Shown here piece after piece: positions 30,693 to 40,776 of a DNA stretch of 64,000 nucleotides. The DNA is from an uncultured Succinatimonas sp. (lineage in GTDB: Bacteria; Pseudomonadota; Gammaproteobacteria; Enterobacterales; Succinivibrionaceae): positions 286 through 64,285 of the forward strand of contig ONFP01000005.1 of NCBI GenBank assembly GCA_900317105.1, given 5' to 3'. The translations under genes were made by a program, and so were the position numbers. The notes beneath the pieces were generated by a model. It ran no database searches, was not told the DNA's origin, and saw nothing but the letters and a program-made list of their open reading frames with translations. Position 1 is the stretch's first letter; every line of letters begins with the position of its first letter.

Positions 30693-30741
30693 TTCCTCCA
30701 AATCTTAAAAAAAAATGAGATTTGGCGGAAAAATAATTCTA
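30693..30741. repeat. 49-bp palindromic direct repeat, copy B
   Basis: Identical to 29174-29222; 6 bp upstream of the -35 box. Confidence 0.95.
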
Positions 30742-30926
30742 TGTGATTAAAGAAAGAATGCAATCAACGCTATTATCATCTGCTGTGAAAGGTGGAATCT
30801 TGCTTTTTCACACAAAAAAAGAGAGGAGTCTTGAGAATAGCGAATTGAAGAATCTGGTAGGCAGTCTTAAGTGAAGTGTTGCTTATTTTTGTACTGCAAC
30901 CAGATTTTTTTTTGAGAATTATGCGG

Positions 30927-31697
30927 TTAATTGTTATGTGGTGCAAAGAAATCGATTATTTTCTGAATCGCAAAATCCATACGTTTGGGATCTGAAAAAC
31001 GGTGATCTGCCTTTTCAACCTCTACAAGTTCAATAATATTCTTTTCTGAAAATTCTTTTGCATTCTCAATTGGCACGCTGTCATCAAGTGTTCCGTGAAT
31101 CATTAGAATGCTTTCTGCATAATCAATGTAGTCAAAGGCTGCAATTTCATCATCAATTATCTTTAGAGATTCAAGGAATTCATTGCTGATCTTCATCTTG
31201 CGATCACGTCCTGCCAATACTTCTTTTCCTTTTGAAAGCTTTTTATGATCATCTTCAGAAATGGTTGAAGACATGATGTCGTACAGTTTAACTGAAGTAC
31301 TTCTCAGCGCTATTCTTTCAAAAGGATTGCCATGATCTTCTATGTACTTTAGGGTATTAAAACCACCAAAGCTTACTGAATAATTGTATAGAGCCTGTGC
31401 CTTTAAATGTTCTCGTGCGTAGTCAATAACCAGCTGCAGGTAGGTCTGACATTCACTTATAAGGAGTTTTTTTCTTGCATCCTGACCGTGACATGGCCAG
31501 TCAAAGGTAATTACACCAAATCCTTTATATTTTGTATCAATTCTTTCTGCGAATTTTTCGACGGATTTATTGTCCTTAAAGCCACCAAATCCGTGAGTTG
31601 CAATTACTACTTTATCAATTGAATGTATATCTTTGTCGTAGAATAATTTGCAGCGAACGCTGTAGCCCTTTTCGTTTATATCAAATAGCTTTTCCAT
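30927..31697 (-). CDS. Alpha/beta hydrolase
   Basis: THGFGG, FDWPCHG, nucleophile elbow SVSFGG, IHGTLDD, DH. ATG at 31697 follows AAGGA. Confidence 0.85.
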   Translation of the reverse strand: MEKLFDINEKGYSVRCKLFYDKDIHSIDKVVIATHGFGGFKDNKSVEKFAERIDTKYKGFGVITFDWPCHGQDARKKLLISECQTYLQLVIDYAREHLKAQALYNYSVSFGGFNTLKYIEDHGNPFERIALRSTSVKLYDIMSSTISEDDHKKLSKGKEVLAGRDRKMKISNEFLESLKIIDDEIAAFDYIDYAESILMIHGTLDDSVPIENAKEFSEKNIIELVEVEKADHRFSDPKRMDFAIQKIIDFFAPHNN

Positions 31698-31857
31698 ATT
31701 CGTCCTTAAAAAAATACATGAACGATTATATTGCAAATTCCTCAGAAATACATATACGAATGGTGGTTGAGGCAATTTGGAGCTTAAAGACAGAAATGGC
31801 CTCAAATCATATCAAATCATAGGATGTGAGGCCATTGATAATGCTTTACAGATTTTT

Positions 31858-33024
31858 CTATTCTTCTGTTATTGGTTTATGTGTCAGCAGCTGATATATG
31901 ACTCTGAGGTAGATTTCATGCAGCATATCAAGCTGTTTTACACTGACTCTTTCATTAACCTTATGGATTAAATCTGAGACTGGGCCAAATTCGACTGTCT
32001 GTGTCCCCAGTGGTCTTACAAATCTACCGTCTGAGGTTCCTCCTGATGTTCCCAGATCAGGGGTAACCTTGGTAACAGCTCTTATTGAATTATAAAGAGC
32101 GTCAATAAGCTCACCGTCTTTGGTTAGAAATGGCTTTCCTTCTTCACGGAATTCCATTTCACAGTCAATCTTAAGTTCCTCTGCAACCCCTCGGACGTGT
32201 TTTTCAATCAGAGATGGTGTCTGAGAGTCATTCCATCTGAAATTACAGCGAAGAGTACAGGACCCGGGAATAACGTTATCTGCTCCGGTTCCCGCTTTTA
32301 TATTTGATACCTGGAATGAGGTAGGAGGGAAGAATGGCGTTCCGTTGTCTATCGGATTATCCAGCATTCCCTGAATGAAACGTGATGCTTCAAACACCGC
32401 ATTTTTAGCATGCTGCTCTAAAGCAGCATGTCCCTGAATACCATGTACGGTGATTGTTGCATTCATATCACCTCTGCGTCCATTTTTAATGGAGTCGCCG
32501 AAGATCTTGTCGCATGAGCACTCACCGATAAGACAGTATGTCGGAATCATATGATGCTGTTTCATATAGTCAATTACGTATGGAGTTCCTCCAACAGCAT
32601 CTCCTTCCTCGTTTGAAGTCAGAAGCAGTCCTATTGTGCCGATATGACTCTGATTCTGTTTTACATATTCGCACATGGCAGTGATCATTGCTGCATCACC
32701 GCCTTTCATATCAGAACTGCCTCTGCCGTACAGATAAGGCTCTCCATCATAATCGAATATTTCACCACAGAAAGGTGGATGATCCCATTCTGCGGCATCT
32801 CCTGTTGGAACCACATCGGTGTGGCCCAGGAAAAGCAGGAAAGGGGAGCCCCGTCCGTGAGTCGCAAGAAGATTGGTTACACCTTTCTCTTCGATGGTAT
32901 AACAGGTGAAGCCCAATGGCTTTAGGATCTCCTTTATCAGATCCTGACACCCATTATCATCAGGTGTTACTGATTCAATTCTGATCAGCTTCTGTGCCAG
33001 CTCAACGGTACGGGATAGCTCCAT
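31858..33024 (-). CDS. dapE: DapE-like M20 amidohydrolase (divergent)
   Basis: GHTDVVP, GRG..DMKG, NEEG, KNGRRG, GGTSDGRF, IHKVNE. Several substitutions versus canonical DapE. Confidence 0.75.
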   Translation of the reverse strand: MELSRTVELAQKLIRIESVTPDDNGCQDLIKEILKPLGFTCYTIEEKGVTNLLATHGRGSPFLLFLGHTDVVPTGDAAEWDHPPFCGEIFDYDGEPYLYGRGSSDMKGGDAAMITAMCEYVKQNQSHIGTIGLLLTSNEEGDAVGGTPYVIDYMKQHHMIPTYCLIGECSCDKIFGDSIKNGRRGDMNATITVHGIQGHAALEQHAKNAVFEASRFIQGMLDNPIDNGTPFFPPTSFQVSNIKAGTGADNVIPGSCTLRCNFRWNDSQTPSLIEKHVRGVAEELKIDCEMEFREEGKPFLTKDGELIDALYNSIRAVTKVTPDLGTSGGTSDGRFVRPLGTQTVEFGPVSDLIHKVNERVSVKQLDMLHEIYLRVIYQLLTHKPITEE

Positions 33025-33033
33025 TTTTCTTCC

Positions 33034-34020
33034 TTACTGTTCTGTTGATGTCTGAAGCTGCTCGTTTGCTTCAGCCTTTTTCTTGTCATAGGTTGCAAAA
33101 ATATTAGCCAGGATGGTTCCTGAGATTGAGTGCCATACGCAGGATACTGCTGATGCAATGGCCGCCTCTGCAGAGGTTGGGAAGAACTTACCGCAAAGAC
33201 CAGTTGCAAGACCTGCATTCTGAACTCCAACCTCGATGGCGAGAGTTCTCTTCTTGGCTGTTGACATCTTGAAGGAACGGCCTGCAAAGAAACCTAGCAG
33301 ATAACCTAGAGCATTATGACAGAAAATGCACAGGAAGATTACAAGTCCTGACTCAAGGAATTTCTGTCCGTGGTAGGCAATTACGCCACCAACAATTAGT
33401 GCAAAACCGATTACAGCAACGCCAGGCATGATCTGACGAACCTTTTTGAAGAAGTCAAATTTGCCGAAAATGATGTTACACATAGAGCCGATGCCTACAG
33501 GAACAATAGTTACCATCAGCATAAACTGGAACATGCTCCAGCCGTCAATATCAATACGCTGACCTACCAGATAGTTAACTAGAAGAGGTGTTGCAACAGG
33601 AGCAACAATTGTTGATACGGTGGTCATGCCAACTGAGAATGCAACATCACCCTTACACAGGAAGGTCATAATATTTGAGGAAACACCACCAGGGCAGCAG
33701 CCAACAAGAACCAGACCTAAAGTTAAACCGTCAGAGAGATTGAAGGTGGTTGCAAGTGCAATTGCAATCAGAGGCATAATTGTAAACTGTGCAATTGTTC
33801 CAATCAGAATATCAAATGGTCTCTGGGCCAGAATTCTGTAATCCTGTCTGCCAAGAGTCATACCCATTGAGAGCATAATGATGCCAAGAATAATAATCTG
33901 GGTATTGCCTTTTACAAAAGTACATGAGGATGGTACAAAATAGGCGAACACACCTGTGCCGATTACGAACAGTGCTGTGTATTTAGCAAGTATTCTGCTA
34001 AGTGTTATTAGAAGTGACAT
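33034..34020 (-). CDS. Bile acid:sodium symporter family transporter
   Basis: MLSMGMTL, AQFTIMP, GCCPGGVSSN, EVGVQNAGLA. Confidence 0.9.
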   Translation of the reverse strand: MSLLITLSRILAKYTALFVIGTGVFAYFVPSSCTFVKGNTQIIILGIIMLSMGMTLGRQDYRILAQRPFDILIGTIAQFTIMPLIAIALATTFNLSDGLTLGLVLVGCCPGGVSSNIMTFLCKGDVAFSVGMTTVSTIVAPVATPLLVNYLVGQRIDIDGWSMFQFMLMVTIVPVGIGSMCNIIFGKFDFFKKVRQIMPGVAVIGFALIVGGVIAYHGQKFLESGLVIFLCIFCHNALGYLLGFFAGRSFKMSTAKKRTLAIEVGVQNAGLATGLCGKFFPTSAEAAIASAVSCVWHSISGTILANIFATYDKKKAEANEQLQTSTEQ

Positions 34021-34348
34021 TTTTTTTCCTAAAGTTAGTTTGTCGTTGTCCAAGTGTTTTTTTACACTAACTTCATATTCTACGTATCGAAATTTAAAAG
34101 CAATAAGCCCCACTTTTTTTGAATAAAATGCATTAAAACGGAGCAAATTAAAGGTATTGAATGATCTATTTTGGAAATACTATCAGATAATATGTTTTAT
34201 TTTGGTGCTTTTTCAGAAAAAATAGAATAGTGATAGTAGTTTCATTTTTTGATCTTTTGAGAGAATTTGTTCTTAAGATAAGGATAATTGTTGCGGGTTG
34301 TGTGTTATTCTTAGAGTATGTGTATATATTTGTTAGAGATTATCCGAT

Positions 34349-35434
34349 TTGATTACAAAAGAACAATTTTTAAATTACTGCTCCTATCCTATTAAGGCCT
34401 TATCCTCTAAAAATTTTTATTTTGATGTTTTATTCAGAATGAAAGGCTTTGGGCTTTTATATCTTCTGGCTTTATGTGTAATTCTTACTATTCCTGCTAG
34501 TGTAAAGATCAATCGTGTTCTCGAGATTTTTCGCGGTATTGAGCTTCCTAGAATAGTTGCTATGATTCCTCCTAGCTATGTTGCTCAGGACGGCTCTTTC
34601 AGACCTCTTTCCGAGGATAATAGCTACAAGGAAATTTTTACCACCGATGGTACTCTTGCTGTTGTCTACAATGTAAAGGATCAGCCTTTATCAGAAAATG
34701 CCCAGAAGGCGATTGTAGAGCTTAACTCAAAGACTATTTCTGTAAAAGCACCAACCCAGAAAACAGTAGTAAAGTATACTGATCTTGTAACCACCGGTAC
34801 AAATTTTGACCCGCTTGAAACCTCAAACGTTGTAGATGCCATATTTGGTCTGGCAGTACCTTTTGTCTTTGTATTTCTTTTATGCTGGTTTTTCTGCATT
34901 CTTGTGTTTAATTCACTCGTAATGGCTGTTTTATCAAAGTTTCTTTTTGTTTTTGTTGGAAAAATAAAGACGTCATTCGGCAATACCCTAAGACTATGCT
35001 CATTTGCCAATACTATAGTAGGCATACTGTTATTAGTAGAACTCATTCTGAATGTTAAGCTTCCATTCAATCTGATCATGCTTCTGCCTATGGTGTACAT
35101 GATTCTTTTTGTTAGGAACTTCAGGTCTGAACTTGAAAAGAATGGTGTGGAAGAGTTTGTCAGAAAATACACACCTCAGGGGACAACAATCAAAAATTAT
35201 GATAGCGAGTCCACACAGACATCACGAAGAGACATTTCCGACTTTACAGATGGACTTGATTCAACTACAAATAAAGGTAGGACCACTGTAGAAGATTCTA
35301 TTGAAAATCATTCTGATACAGAACAGAGGCAGGAGGAGAAAAACTCAGAGACCTCTGAAGGTTCTACTAATGCCAAGACCAACTCTAAGTCTTCGGATAA
35401 TTCTGGTGATGGACCTGGATATTTTGCTCCATAA
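34349..35434 (+). CDS. Membrane protein, DUF1189-like, with acidic low-complexity tail
   Basis: One N-terminal TM, a periplasmic domain, about 4 C-terminal TMs. The family call is tentative. Confidence 0.55.
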   Translation: MITKEQFLNYCSYPIKALSSKNFYFDVLFRMKGFGLLYLLALCVILTIPASVKINRVLEIFRGIELPRIVAMIPPSYVAQDGSFRPLSEDNSYKEIFTTDGTLAVVYNVKDQPLSENAQKAIVELNSKTISVKAPTQKTVVKYTDLVTTGTNFDPLETSNVVDAIFGLAVPFVFVFLLCWFFCILVFNSLVMAVLSKFLFVFVGKIKTSFGNTLRLCSFANTIVGILLLVELILNVKLPFNLIMLLPMVYMILFVRNFRSELEKNGVEEFVRKYTPQGTTIKNYDSESTQTSRRDISDFTDGLDSTTNKGRTTVEDSIENHSDTEQRQEEKNSETSEGSTNAKTNSKSSDNSGDGPGYFAP

Positions 35435-35443
35435 GGATTTTAT

Positions 35444-35839
35444 ATGCGAAAGGTTTTACTTTCTTTGGCTTCTGTTTTATGTGCGTTTTATGCCAATGCG
35501 CTTGAGATTACGATAGAGAATCAGACTGATGCTACAGTGGTGATGGCCTTTTCATATCTTGATAACAAGGAAAACGACTGGGTCGTTGATGGCTGGTATA
35601 ACGTTATGCCAAAGCAGAAGGCAAAGGTTGAGCTGGACAGCAAGAACGATATCTACTATCTTTATTCCGAGTTTTCCAATGGCAAGAAACTTGAGGGTGG
35701 AAAAGGAGCTGTTGATCTGAAGGTTAAGGATCGTTCATTTTTCTATAAGCAGAAACAGATCCCTGATGATGTAGACAGAAAGGTAAGTTTTCTGCGTGCA
35801 AGAGGCAATGACGGTCACGCTCTAATCCGAATTAAGTAA
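35444..35839 (+). CDS. DUF1036-like exported protein
   Basis: Signal peptide, then IEN.T...V.MA.SY....W...GWY.V.P..IYYLYSE. Confidence 0.65.
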   Translation: MRKVLLSLASVLCAFYANALEITIENQTDATVVMAFSYLDNKENDWVVDGWYNVMPKQKAKVELDSKNDIYYLYSEFSNGKKLEGGKGAVDLKVKDRSFFYKQKQIPDDVDRKVSFLRARGNDGHALIRIK

Positions 35840-35859
35840 TTTCAAGAATATCATGAATG

Positions 35860-35885
35860 AAAAAGGACCTGGTAAGGTCCTTTTT
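35860..35885. terminator. Bidirectional terminator
   Basis: AAAAAGGACC-TGGTAA-GGTCCTTTTT. Confidence 0.85.
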
Positions 35886-35896
35886 AAATCATAAAA

Positions 35897-36877
35897 CTAG
35901 TCTTTTTCTCCAAGCTTCAGCCAGAGTTTTGCAAGTTCCAGGTTGTCCTCAAAGGTCTGAGCTCCGCCTGTAAAGCCTGATTTGTGGATAAAGGTCATAT
36001 TCTTAAGTCCGGTTGCTTTATCAAGCTCGCTATCGTTAAGCCCACGCCAGGAGGCTGGTGCGGATAGTCTGTTTTTAAAGCGCTGTGCCTTTGATTGAGG
36101 TAGAGACTGTACTCTCCATCTCTGGTTCCTGTCAGGATAAACAGCAATCAGACAGTCTTTGAAGATCTCCGGATTGTTTAGGACTGCACTGGTCCAAGGC
36201 AGTCTCTCATGCATAATCAGGATTTCTCCTCCTGCATAAGCCTCTATAACCTTGGCCACACCACTTTCAGTGTGCAGTGCGTTGATCGATGCATTAAGGA
36301 GTATGGTCTTTAGCATCTTTACAGTCTGGTTAAATGATTTGTCCTGATCACTTCCAACTTTGTTAGGCAGATTCATCATAGCAACAATGAATGGAATATC
36401 AGCTGTAGCCTGATAAAGTACATTTAATTTGTTGACTATATTTCTTTCGCTTTCTGTTTTCGGATCTGCTATCTGATCGACGTAGCCTGTCAGCTGACCA
36501 TTGTCATTTAAATCAATCATTGTCATGATGTCTTCATCTATTCTGATAAAGGCATTGTCGATAACTTTTGCTGAAGGGCGGAATTCAAGCTCCTGCTGGG
36601 CTACTTTTTTAAGGTAATCGTGTCCGAATTTATCCCACATCAGACCTGCGGTGGCATATTTGACACCATTGCTTCTGCACAGTTTAAAATCCTTAGAATG
36701 GTGGTCAAAATGTTTATCGTCATTGATATTAGATACATCAATAACAATATCTGCCTTTTCAAGCTCAGATGGGTCACGTGATCTTATGATTGAGGAAGTC
36801 TCAAAAAGATATGTAAGAATGGCGCATGCAGTAGTTTCATCTGCATGGAAGGTTCCGTCATGGGTAGCTATTATCAT
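35897..36877 (-). CDS. MYG1-family (UPF0160) hydrolase
   Basis: IATHDGTFHADE, FDHH, ATAGL.W, P..WRGL, FIHKSGF. Confidence 0.9.
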   Translation of the reverse strand: MIIATHDGTFHADETTACAILTYLFETSSIIRSRDPSELEKADIVIDVSNINDDKHFDHHSKDFKLCRSNGVKYATAGLMWDKFGHDYLKKVAQQELEFRPSAKVIDNAFIRIDEDIMTMIDLNDNGQLTGYVDQIADPKTESERNIVNKLNVLYQATADIPFIVAMMNLPNKVGSDQDKSFNQTVKMLKTILLNASINALHTESGVAKVIEAYAGGEILIMHERLPWTSAVLNNPEIFKDCLIAVYPDRNQRWRVQSLPQSKAQRFKNRLSAPASWRGLNDSELDKATGLKNMTFIHKSGFTGGAQTFEDNLELAKLWLKLGEKD

Positions 36878-36975
36878 TTCAACTCCTTAGCTGCGAAAAA
36901 TTCTATCACAAAAAAGGATGACAAATCGGTAAAAATTGCTATTATGGGCGCACTGTTCACTATTTATATCGAATT

Positions 36976-37953
36976 ATGTTAAAAGATAGCAAAGTTTATT
37001 TGGCTCCCCTTGAGGGACTCGCTGATGGTCCAATGCGCGAGGTTTTATGTGCTCATGGTGGTTATGATCTGTGTTTCTCTGAATTTATTCGTATTACAGA
37101 TCTGTGTGTTTCTGAGAAAACTCTGATACGTGAGATTCCTGAGTTTTTAAATGACTGCAAGACTCCTGACGGTACAGATCTGCGCGTGCAGTTTCTTGGC
37201 GATAACCCTAAAACTTTAGCTCTGTCTGCCGTTAAAGCTCATAAACTTGGAGCAAAATCCATCGATATCAATTTCGGCTGTCCTTCAAGATTTGTTCATC
37301 ACTCTGGCGCTATGCTCTTAAAGGAGCCTGAACTGATGCATGAGATTATGTGTACTGTTCGTGAGGCTCTTCCTCCAGAATGTGAACTGTCTGCAAAGGT
37401 CAGACTTGGTTTTGCGGATAAGTCAGAAGCTCCTGAGGTGATTAAATCTGTTGCAGTGGATGGTGTTAAGGAAATTACAGTTCACTGCAGAACAAGAAAG
37501 GATTTGTACAAGGAAGAAGCTTTAGACTGGGCCTCCTTACGTAATCTTCACGAATTAGCTCCTAATGCAACTCTGATTGCAAATGGAAATATCAATTCTC
37601 TTGAGGATGCTATAAAGTGTAAGGATATTACTCTTTGTAATGATTTTATGTGTGGAAGAGGGGCTTTTGCTATTCCTAATCTTGGACATGTAATTAAGGA
37701 TGGTGCAGAGCCATTCTCAATTGTTGATATTCTTAAAACTGATGTTGAGGTTATCGAGGTATTTGCCAAGTCAAGACCAACAGAAAAGATGGTTATGGAT
37801 AGAGCCAAGCAGTTTTTAGGTTATGCAAGAGTTCACAGAAGAAAATTAAATCCATTTTTTAAAGTTTTCTGCAAGTGCGTAACTGTAAACGATGGACTAA
37901 AATTATTATATGACGAGATAAAACGTGAGGAGCTAAATTCTAATGATAACTAA
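36976..37953 (+). CDS. dusC: tRNA-dihydrouridine synthase, DusC-like
   Basis: LAPLEG, SEFIRI, DINFGCPS, SAKVRLG, VHCRT, ANGNI, GRGA. Confidence 0.8.
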   Translation: MLKDSKVYLAPLEGLADGPMREVLCAHGGYDLCFSEFIRITDLCVSEKTLIREIPEFLNDCKTPDGTDLRVQFLGDNPKTLALSAVKAHKLGAKSIDINFGCPSRFVHHSGAMLLKEPELMHEIMCTVREALPPECELSAKVRLGFADKSEAPEVIKSVAVDGVKEITVHCRTRKDLYKEEALDWASLRNLHELAPNATLIANGNINSLEDAIKCKDITLCNDFMCGRGAFAIPNLGHVIKDGAEPFSIVDILKTDVEVIEVFAKSRPTEKMVMDRAKQFLGYARVHRRKLNPFFKVFCKCVTVNDGLKLLYDEIKREELNSNDN

Positions 37954-38428
37954 ATCTAAACTCGTTTTGTTTTCTGCCATTCTTTTAGGCAGTGCTGCTT
38001 ATGCTGATACACAGATGGCTTATTTCCCTCCTGTGCCTGAATCATGGAATGTTAAGGTAGAAGGAACCTCAATTGAGTATTCTTCACCTGTTAATAAGAA
38101 AACCCAGCCCCAACCTAAAACCAAGATTCGTTTTCAGTACACCAAGACTACTCAGGACAAGGATGCAACTACCCTTGCTGAAGAGTATGCAAAGGATAAT
38201 GAATGTGGTGCTCCAAGAGAACAGGGGAAGGCTTTCTTTACTATTTCATGCCCAAATATAGCAAGAAATGCTGTTATTGTCGGTGAACCTAACAATATGT
38301 ATTTTATTGAACTGTCCGGAGAAGTAACTGCAGAGGCCAAGAATCTCATCAATACTTATGTAACTTCAATTGTTAACGGAAAGAGGACTTTTGAAGACAG
38401 AGAGATTGGAGAAAAGATATCTCGATAA
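37943..38428 (+). CDS. Hypothetical exported protein
   Basis: Signal peptide ending AYA and a Cys pair. Overlaps the dusC stop codon. Confidence 0.75.
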   Translation: MITKSKLVLFSAILLGSAAYADTQMAYFPPVPESWNVKVEGTSIEYSSPVNKKTQPQPKTKIRFQYTKTTQDKDATTLAEEYAKDNECGAPREQGKAFFTISCPNIARNAVIVGEPNNMYFIELSGEVTAEAKNLINTYVTSIVNGKRTFEDREIGEKISR

Positions 38429-38452
38429 TTTTTTGAGAGTTTCTTTTTTTAT

Positions 38453-38494
38453 AAAGGCCTGGCGGTTCATACTGAAATCCTCCAGGTCTTTTTT
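38453..38494. terminator. Terminator between convergent genes
   Basis: AAAGGCCTGG/CCAGGTCTTT followed by T. Confidence 0.6.
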
Positions 38495-39527
38495 ATTGCT
38501 TACCAGAGGTGCTGTTATTTTTTTGTGGAAAAAACAGGCTTGAAAGAATTCCAAATGTTAAAGCCACTCCGATCACAATCAATGAGGTGTATACGTCAAT
38601 ATCAATACCTACTCCGAAAAGATGCAGAGATGCGGCTGCAGCAAGTTTGAATGAAACAAAGAACAGCAGAAAGATAACCGCTTTTTCCAGATGCACAAGG
38701 GCGTTTTTCAATGCATCAAGAATAAAGAACATTGAACGTAGTCCAAGCATTGCAAAGATCATACATGAGTAAACTATGAACGGATCCTTTGAAACAGCGA
38801 TAATTGCGGGAACAGAATCGAAGGCAAACATGACATCAGATGTTTCAACAATTGCAAGACAAAGAAACAAAGGCGTTGCGTAGAACAAGCCTTTTCTTTT
38901 TAACACAATGTCTCTGTTCTCTTCTTTTTTCAGCTCTTCTTCAACATGTTCTTTTGAGATAAAGAAATTGTGTCCGTAGAGTTTTGGATAAAGTGGAAGG
39001 AACAGCTTTACAAATCTAAATGCGGGATGTGCCGAGAAATCTGATATTTCAGAACCATCCTTTTTCTTTAGCATCAAAACTGCAGTGATGGCAACTATAA
39101 TTGCGAATACAATTTCCACGTACGGTCCAAGAGCAAACAGGCTTGTACCTATCAGTACGAAAATCAGCCTGAATACAACCGCTCCAATAACGCCCCAATA
39201 CAATACTCGGTGAGTATAGCCTGATTTGATTCCAAACCAGGAGAATATGGCCATGATAGCGAACAGATTATCTACTGATAGTGCCATTTCAAAGGCGTAA
39301 CCTGCAAAATACAGTGAAGCCGCCTCAGCAGAGAAATGGAAGTAAAGGAAGATACCAAAAGCTACACCTATAGCAATCCAGAATAATGTCCATAAAGCTG
39401 CAGCCTTAATTAAAATCGGTTTGTCTGCTCTGTGAGCAAAAAGATCAATAATCAGACCTGAAATTGCCAGAAATGTGAAGATTATAATTGTTTCAGTTTC
39501 AAATCCAATGTGAACAGAATTCTGCAT
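38493..39527 (-). CDS. TerC/Alx-family membrane protein
   Basis: EMALSVDNLF, HRVLYWG..GA.VFR, DVMFAFDSVPA. Confidence 0.9.
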   Translation of the reverse strand: MQNSVHIGFETETIIIFTFLAISGLIIDLFAHRADKPILIKAAALWTLFWIAIGVAFGIFLYFHFSAEAASLYFAGYAFEMALSVDNLFAIMAIFSWFGIKSGYTHRVLYWGVIGAVVFRLIFVLIGTSLFALGPYVEIVFAIIVAITAVLMLKKKDGSEISDFSAHPAFRFVKLFLPLYPKLYGHNFFISKEHVEEELKKEENRDIVLKRKGLFYATPLFLCLAIVETSDVMFAFDSVPAIIAVSKDPFIVYSCMIFAMLGLRSMFFILDALKNALVHLEKAVIFLLFFVSFKLAAAASLHLFGVGIDIDVYTSLIVIGVALTFGILSSLFFPQKNNSTSGKQ

Positions 39528-39542
39528 ATTTCTTCGTTACTC

Positions 39543-39578
39543 AAAAAAAATGGTATGTGTTTTTTTTCACATACCATT
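39543..39578 (-). terminator. his operon terminator
   Basis: AATGGTATGTG/CACATACCATT followed by a T-tract on the minus strand. Confidence 0.85.
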
Positions 39579-39605
39579 ATCTTCGTTTATCCTGGTAAAA
39601 CAAGA

Positions 39606-40010
39606 TTATTTAACAAAATTATAGTTCTGTAATGGATTTCCTGAGAGGTATCTTGAGGTGGCATCTGCAAGTGGTGAGGCATCAAAGCAGCTGGTGGTTC
39701 CTAAATGACAGGTTGGACCATCTGGTCTTGCCAGAACAAGCAGAGTGTCCTTGTCACAGTCACAGGTAATTGATCTCATATGCAGAAAATTACCAGACTC
39801 CTCTCCCTTAGTCCATAGCTTCTGTCTTGCTCTTGAGTAGAATGTTACATAATGGGTATCAATGGTTTTCTGGATAGATTCCTTGTTCATGTAGCCCATC
39901 ATTAAAACCTGACCAGTCTGGCAGTCCTGAACAATTGCAGGGATTAGACCATTATTCTTTTCAAAATCCAAATCGTCAATATTTTCAAAACCATGGAAAT
40001 ATCTAATCAC
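39606..40010 (-). CDS. hisI: Phosphoribosyl-AMP cyclohydrolase (HisI domain only, no HisE)
   Basis: [35 protein letters not shown]. The ORF ends 25 aa later. Confidence 0.92.
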   Translation of the reverse strand: MIRYFHGFENIDDLDFEKNNGLIPAIVQDCQTGQVLMMGYMNKESIQKTIDTHYVTFYSRARQKLWTKGEESGNFLHMRSITCDCDKDTLLVLARPDGPTCHLGTTSCFDASPLADATSRYLSGNPLQNYNFVK

Positions 40011-40776
40011 GGATACAAACTCCTTTTCCTTTTAAATAATCCTTTAGTTCAGGAATATGAATTGTTCCCTTATGAAATACTGAAGCGGCAAGAGCTCCAT
40101 CTGTATTTGCAACTTCAAAGGCTTCATAGAAGTGTTCCATTGTGCCGGCACCACCGGATGCAATAAGAGGAACACTGCAGATTTCACGAACTTTTTTTAG
40201 CTGCTCTAAATCATAACCATTGCGCATACCATCCTGATTCATCATGTTCAGAACAATCTCACCTGCGCCTCTCTTCTGAACTTCTTTTACCCACTCAAGA
40301 GTTGTCCAGGCAGTAGTGGTTGTCTTACTAACATCTCCGGTATATTGTTTTACCTGATAGTTATTAAGGTCCTTATTATAGTATGTATCGATTCCTACAA
40401 CTACACACTGAACTCCGAACTTGTCAGCAAGTCTTGTAATCAGAGTAGGATCTGCAAGAGCAGGAGAGTTGATGGAAATCTTATCTGCACCATACTGCAG
40501 AATGGTTCTGGCATCCTCAACTGATTTGATTCCTCCTGCAACTGCAAAAGGAATGTTTATAACCTCTGCAACCTTTGCAACCCAGGATTTATCCACACGA
40601 CGGTTATCTGATGAGGCGGTAATATCGTAGAAAACCAGTTCATCCGCACCTTCATCTGCGTATCTCTTTGCAAGGTCAATAATTGATCCCATAACCTCAT
40701 GGTTTCGGAACTGTACGCCTTTAACAACTACTCCGTCTCGAACATCCAGGCAGGGAATTATGCGTTTTGCCAGCAT
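40003..40776 (-). CDS. hisF: Imidazole glycerol phosphate synthase, cyclase subunit
   Basis: [29 protein letters not shown]. Confidence 0.97.
   Translation of the reverse strand: MLAKRIIPCLDVRDGVVVKGVQFRNHEVMGSIIDLAKRYADEGADELVFYDITASSDNRRVDKSWVAKVAEVINIPFAVAGGIKSVEDARTILQYGADKISINSPALADPTLITRLADKFGVQCVVVGIDTYYNKDLNNYQVKQYTGDVSKTTTTAWTTLEWVKEVQKRGAGEIVLNMMNQDGMRNGYDLEQLKKVREICSVPLIASGGAGTMEHFYEAFEVANTDGALAASVFHKGTIHIPELKDYLKGKGVCIRD

Noticed and set aside
29174-30741. CRISPR array
   Set aside because: Only two repeat copies, separated by a 1.47-kb gene; no spacer array and no cas genes.
30739-30810. Second gene ending at the TAG in repeat copy B
   Set aside because: An in-frame TGA lies about 20 codons upstream and there is no start codon, so no evidence for another cassette gene.
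34681-35172. Long antisense or alternate-frame ORFs (also 14215-14604, 51524-51934, 42531-42878 and others)
   Set aside because: They shadow well-supported genes, have no family motifs, and are explained by codon bias.
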